This document shows, piece after piece, positions 60,410 through 64,000 of a stretch of 64,000 nucleotides of DNA (position 1 is the first letter of the stretch; the number at the start of each line of letters is the position of its first letter). The position numbers were made by a program, and so were the translations under genes. This stretch comes from Candidatus Latescibacterota bacterium. Its GTDB lineage: Bacteria; Latescibacterota; UBA2968; UBA8231. The stretch covers positions 1,120,001-1,184,000 of the forward strand of contig OZ242318.1 in assembly GCA_965208105.1 (NCBI GenBank), read 5' to 3'. The notes under the pieces were generated by a model that saw only the letters and a program-made list of their open reading frames with translations, was not told the DNA's origin and made no database searches.

Positions 60410-60694
60410 CTACTCATCTCCGCTCTCCTCCCCCTTTGCGGCCAGGTGGTCCTTCATCGCGGCCACCACCCCATCGTCGTCGGGACTCGAGGACACGAGG
60501 GCGGCGAATCCTTCCTCATCCATCTTCACTTCCTCCAGGAAGCTCTGGTCGGCCCCTCAGAAGTAGACGTAGTCGCCGAGACGGCCCTCCTGATAGGCGC
60601 GGACCTTGTCGGTTATGCGCGCCAGCCAGTGCATTTCTCCGATGATCATGCCGCGGGCGCGGGGTTTGAAATCCAGAACCTGTGAATCACTCAT
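60410..60694 (-). CDS. DUF5069-like protein with in-frame TGA (candidate selenoprotein, 94 aa)
   Basis: AGGAGG SD; ATGAGTGA overlap with the upstream stop; WLARITDKVRA..GDYVYF-TGA-GADQSFL; hairpin 13 nt after the TGA. Confidence 0.7.
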
Positions 60695-61814
60695 GGCGAA
60701 TCTCCTCCTCTTCAAGGGATACCAGCTCGTTGAACCGAGCTCTGAACTCCGTGGTCAATGAAACGTCGCTCAATGCGGCGGTGAGGGCGCCGGCAATCTG
60801 CTTCAGGCGCCGACGCGGCCCCTGCCAGGCCTGCAGAAGCGCGGAATGGTGGTGATCGGACCGCCCTTCCAGCGCCTCCAGGAGCAGGGCCGCCGCATTC
60901 AGGTGAAAGACGATGTGATGGCCGTCCAGGGCCTGGGCCCGGTCCCCGGGGTCCCGCGCCGCGGATGCATACCGGCGCAGGGCGTCCCGGTCCAGCAGGC
61001 TGGTGAAGCTCCCGTGCGGACGGCCGGCGCCCATGCAGGCGGTATACTGGACCAGGCGGCGCTCGGTCCAGTCCCAGCCGATCTTGGCGAACTCTATGAA
61101 GCTCAGGCGGCTGGACGGCGGATCTATGACGATGTTGCGCGCGTTGTAGTCGGTGGTTCCGAGGGCGGGGCCGCGGGCGCAGAGCCGGCTGAGTATTTCG
61201 TCGAGCAGGGAGCGGCAGCGCGCCGCCCCGGGGGCGCCTGATCCGCCATGGAGGCGCAGGATGCGCTCCAGGCCCTGGCGCGCCCGCAGGCCGGCCTGCT
61301 CCCAGGCGCGCCGCAGGTGGGACACGCCGCCCGCCGGGCATACCAGCGGCTCCAGCAGGCGCCTGTTTTCGCCCAGGACCTCCTCGATGCGGCAAAGACC
61401 CGCGACGGCCCGGCGGGTGCAACCTGAGGCGCCGGCCGCGCCCCTCTCCTGGACCAGGTCGTCCAGGGTGTGCGAGCCGCAATGTTCGAAGAAGACGAAG
61501 CTGGTCTCCGCGTCCAGGCCCAGCAGCCTCGGCACCGGGCAAGCCCGGGCCCCCAGCAGACCGAGAACCACCTGCTCCACTTCAAGCAGGTCGTAGAGCC
61601 GGCCGCGGGTGTGGACCCCGAAGAGCTGGAACTTGGCCACCAGCATTTGCCGCCCCTCCAGAAGAACTTCCCAGACGTGCGGAGCCAGGGGCGCGACGCC
61701 CTCCACCCGGGGTCCACCCGGCAGCAGTGACGGCGCCCGCGCCCGCAGGTAGGCCTCCGGGCTGGGCCAGCTGCGGCGGTCGTCGCCTGCTCGGGGCTTC
61801 TCACGAACCCGCAT
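60687..61814 (-). CDS. Kinase-like (APH-fold) protein
   Basis: VAK, CPVPRLL, TTDYNARNI, FIEF variant catalytic motifs. Confidence 0.6.
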   Translation of the reverse strand: MRVREKPRAGDDRRSWPSPEAYLRARAPSLLPGGPRVEGVAPLAPHVWEVLLEGRQMLVAKFQLFGVHTRGRLYDLLEVEQVVLGLLGARACPVPRLLGLDAETSFVFFEHCGSHTLDDLVQERGAAGASGCTRRAVAGLCRIEEVLGENRRLLEPLVCPAGGVSHLRRAWEQAGLRARQGLERILRLHGGSGAPGAARCRSLLDEILSRLCARGPALGTTDYNARNIVIDPPSSRLSFIEFAKIGWDWTERRLVQYTACMGAGRPHGSFTSLLDRDALRRYASAARDPGDRAQALDGHHIVFHLNAAALLLEALEGRSDHHHSALLQAWQGPRRRLKQIAGALTAALSDVSLTTEFRARFNELVSLEEEEIRHE

Positions 61815-62181
61815 GGTCGAAGACGATGACCTGGGCGGTGATCTTGCCGGCCTGGTTGTTGTAGTCGGGATTTTCGTTCATGGCGAAGTGCAGGATGCCG
61901 TCACCGTCGGCGATGAAATCGTGGCGGCTTCCCACCGCGAATGGATTGCCCGAGCCGACGCGGGCGATCAGGGCGCCGACGTTGGCCCCGGAGAGGAGAT
62001 ATCCAGTTCCGGCCGGGAGGTTGTAGACCCCGTCGGCGCCGCACCAGACGATCTGGTTGCGCATGTCCGGGGACCACACGTCCTCCGCGTCGATGACCAC
62101 CCTCTGGCCTTTTCGCAGGCGGATCAGGGTGTCCTGCCACTCGGAGCTGGGACGCACCGTGCGCGAAATGGTTACTGCCAC
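61801..62181 (-). CDS. Small beta-sandwich (LecA/PA-IL-like) protein
   Basis: WQDT..GQRVVI.A..W..GALIARVG..F.VG..G.LHFAMNE..NQAG; AGGAG SD, GTG start. Confidence 0.55.
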   Translation of the reverse strand: MAVTISRTVRPSSEWQDTLIRLRKGQRVVIDAEDVWSPDMRNQIVWCGADGVYNLPAGTGYLLSGANVGALIARVGSGNPFAVGSRHDFIADGDGILHFAMNENPDYNNQAGKITAQVIVFDHAGS

Positions 62182-62260
62182 CTGATCTCCTTCCTCCTTT
62201 GTGGTGAAAATCGCGGAAAAATGCTATACCGCCACCGAAGAGGTGTCAAGAACCCCTGAT

Positions 62261-63151
62261 TCATCCCTTCTTCGCTCTCAGGGTGCGGTCCACCTCTTCC
62301 CGGTACTCGTCCCCCATTACGTTGACGGCATGGTCGATGCCCGAGCCGCGGGAGCGCTCCAGGTCGTGATCGGTGACCGGCAGGAGAGAGTTCACCTGGT
62401 TGTTGGCACTGATGAATTTCTCGGCCATGTTGACGCCGGCGCTCCAGCCGTAGTGGCCGCACTGGCGCACCACCCGCTGGCGGGCATAGGACGGGGTATG
62501 GCCCTGGGAAGCGTAGCTCATCTCCGCCTTGATGCGCTCCTCCTCCCAATCGGATATGTCCACGAAGAGGTCCACCTCGTCGCCGGGCAGGCTGGGGGCG
62601 GCGTAGAAAAGCCGCGCCGGCTTGTGGGGCACGCGGCTGGTGCCCTGCCGCGGATGCTGGGCGATGACCAGGGCCTCGATGACCACTGCGGCGCAGGTGG
62701 TGTGGTCGTCGGGGGCGGCGAAACGGCGGTCGTGGGTCTGCAGCGCGGGGACCTCGGTGATGAGCACGTCGGGACGCACGTCGCAGATGAGGTCGACGAC
62801 GCTCTCCACCATCTCGTCGGTGCGGATGACCGGCTTGTCCCTGAAACCCAGGAAGCGCATGTCGGTGACGCCGAAATAGCCGCATGCCTGCCGCGCTTCC
62901 TCGTACTTCTGCTCGGCGTATGCCTGGCGCTGCTGCTCCACAACCGCGGGGTCCTGCTCGTCCTCGTCCTTGTGCAGCTCCTCCCAGAGCCGCTCGTTGT
63001 GGGTGGCGCCGCCGTCGGTGAGAATGGCCACCGTGGCCTCGTCGCCGTTCTTGACGTGGTTGCCCATGGTGCCGATGGAGTGGGTGCAATCGTGGGGGTG
63101 GGCGTAGATGCCCAGAAGCTGAAGCTTCTCCCTGGTCTGCATCCAGAGCAT
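62261..63151 (-). CDS. PIG-L family deacetylase
   Basis: AHPHD (HPDD variant), LTDG, EARQAC..FG, VRPDVLIT, DDH. Confidence 0.8.
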   Translation of the reverse strand: MLWMQTREKLQLLGIYAHPHDCTHSIGTMGNHVKNGDEATVAILTDGGATHNERLWEELHKDEDEQDPAVVEQQRQAYAEQKYEEARQACGYFGVTDMRFLGFRDKPVIRTDEMVESVVDLICDVRPDVLITEVPALQTHDRRFAAPDDHTTCAAVVIEALVIAQHPRQGTSRVPHKPARLFYAAPSLPGDEVDLFVDISDWEEERIKAEMSYASQGHTPSYARQRVVRQCGHYGWSAGVNMAEKFISANNQVNSLLPVTDHDLERSRGSGIDHAVNVMGDEYREEVDRTLRAKKG

Positions 63152-63366
63152 GAGTCGTACCTCCTTGAGGTTGGGGTTCGTTGCCAGGAACCGGACGGCC
63201 GCGAAGGGCAGCCCTCCCGCTGTCACGCGGCGGACCCGCCGGCGGCAAGAGACGGCCGCCGCCCGCGCTTGACTGCGGTCCCCGGCCCGCTAGTTTACCG
63301 GTTGGTTTTTCAAAGATAAATCCGAACCCTCGCCCTGCCTACCCCGGGGCCTGGAAAGGAGGCCCC

Positions 63367-64000
63367 ATGCCCGAAGCGCACGACAGCGAACTGTGGGAGG
63401 CGGCGGAGAAGCACCTGCTGCGCTACGGCGGCCACTTCGCCCCCTTTCTCGTCCATCGCGCCAGGGGCTCCTACGTCTACGACGGCGAGGGACGCGCCAT
63501 CCTCGACTTCACCTCGGGCCAGATGTGCGCCATCCTCGGCCACAACCACCCCGACATGCTCGCCGCCATGGAGCGCGCCATGGACGAGGTGCTGCACCTC
63601 TTCAGCAGCATGCTCTCCCCGGCGGTGGTGGAGCTGGCGCGGGAGCTGGCGGCGCTGCTGCCCGGGAGCCTGGGCAAGGTCCTGCTGATCAATACCGGGA
63701 GCGAATCCAACGAGGCCGCCCTGCGCCTGGCCAAACTCCACACCGGCGGCTTCGAGGTGGTGGCCTTCGATGCTTCCTGGCACGGCATGACCGCGGGGGC
63801 CTCCTCCAGCACCTATTCCGCCGGCCGTAGAGGCTACGGTCCGGGGGTTCCCGGGGCCATGGCCCTGCCGGTGCCCAACTGCTATCGCTGCCCCATCCGC
63901 CACTGCCGCGACCGCTGCGACCTGGCCTGCCTGGAAGCCGGCTTCGAAACCCTGGACCGTCAATCGGTCGGCGCCTACGCCGCGGTCATCGCCGAACCCC
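63367..64000 (+). CDS. Class III aminotransferase (2,2-dialkylglycine decarboxylase-like), 3'-truncated
   Basis: LLRYGG.F, ARGSYVYD..GRAILDFTSGQMCAILGHNHP, TGSESNEAA, SWHGMT. Confidence 0.88.
   Translation, partial: MPEAHDSELWEAAEKHLLRYGGHFAPFLVHRARGSYVYDGEGRAILDFTSGQMCAILGHNHPDMLAAMERAMDEVLHLFSSMLSPAVVELARELAALLPGSLGKVLLINTGSESNEAALRLAKLHTGGFEVVAFDASWHGMTAGASSSTYSAGRRGYGPGVPGAMALPVPNCYRCPIRHCRDRCDLACLEAGFETLDRQSVGAYAAVIAEP

Noticed and set aside
1-64000. tRNA, rRNA, integrase or reverse transcriptase marking the island borders
   Set aside because: None recognised in the sequence or ORF track

Overview
High-GC bacterial chromosome segment from a diderm (TonB receptor and LptE present; taxon not determined), with lower-GC accessory stretches at about 5.8-7.6 kb and 11.4-29.6 kb. 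The left part holds the end of a sarcosine-oxidase-like/GlnT (N-methylglutamate-type) operon, a frameshifted HNH nuclease, an ECF sigma factor with a long C-terminal extension, a CocE/NonD hydrolase, and a TonB-dependent receptor split by an intact IS630. A complete type I-C CRISPR-Cas locus follows (67 repeats of 37 bp by manual count; cas3-5-8c-7-4-1-2 on the minus strand), preceded by two clan-AA protease paralogs lacking the catalytic Asp. The right part holds housekeeping genes (rarA, ctpA, lipA, mnmG, adk, dusB), transporters, a corrinoid methyl-transfer cluster beside a FadR regulator, and enolase-family dehydratases. Best leads: (1) CRISPR-repeat-derived elements abut the start codons of both cas4 and cas1, one forming a repeat/24-nt spacer/degenerate-repeat unit, suggesting Cas5d/Cascade control of the adaptation genes; (2) a 94-codon DUF5069-like ORF missed by the ORF track has an in-frame TGA followed by a SECIS-like hairpin, a candidate selenoprotein. 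All family calls are from motif recognition, not database searches.
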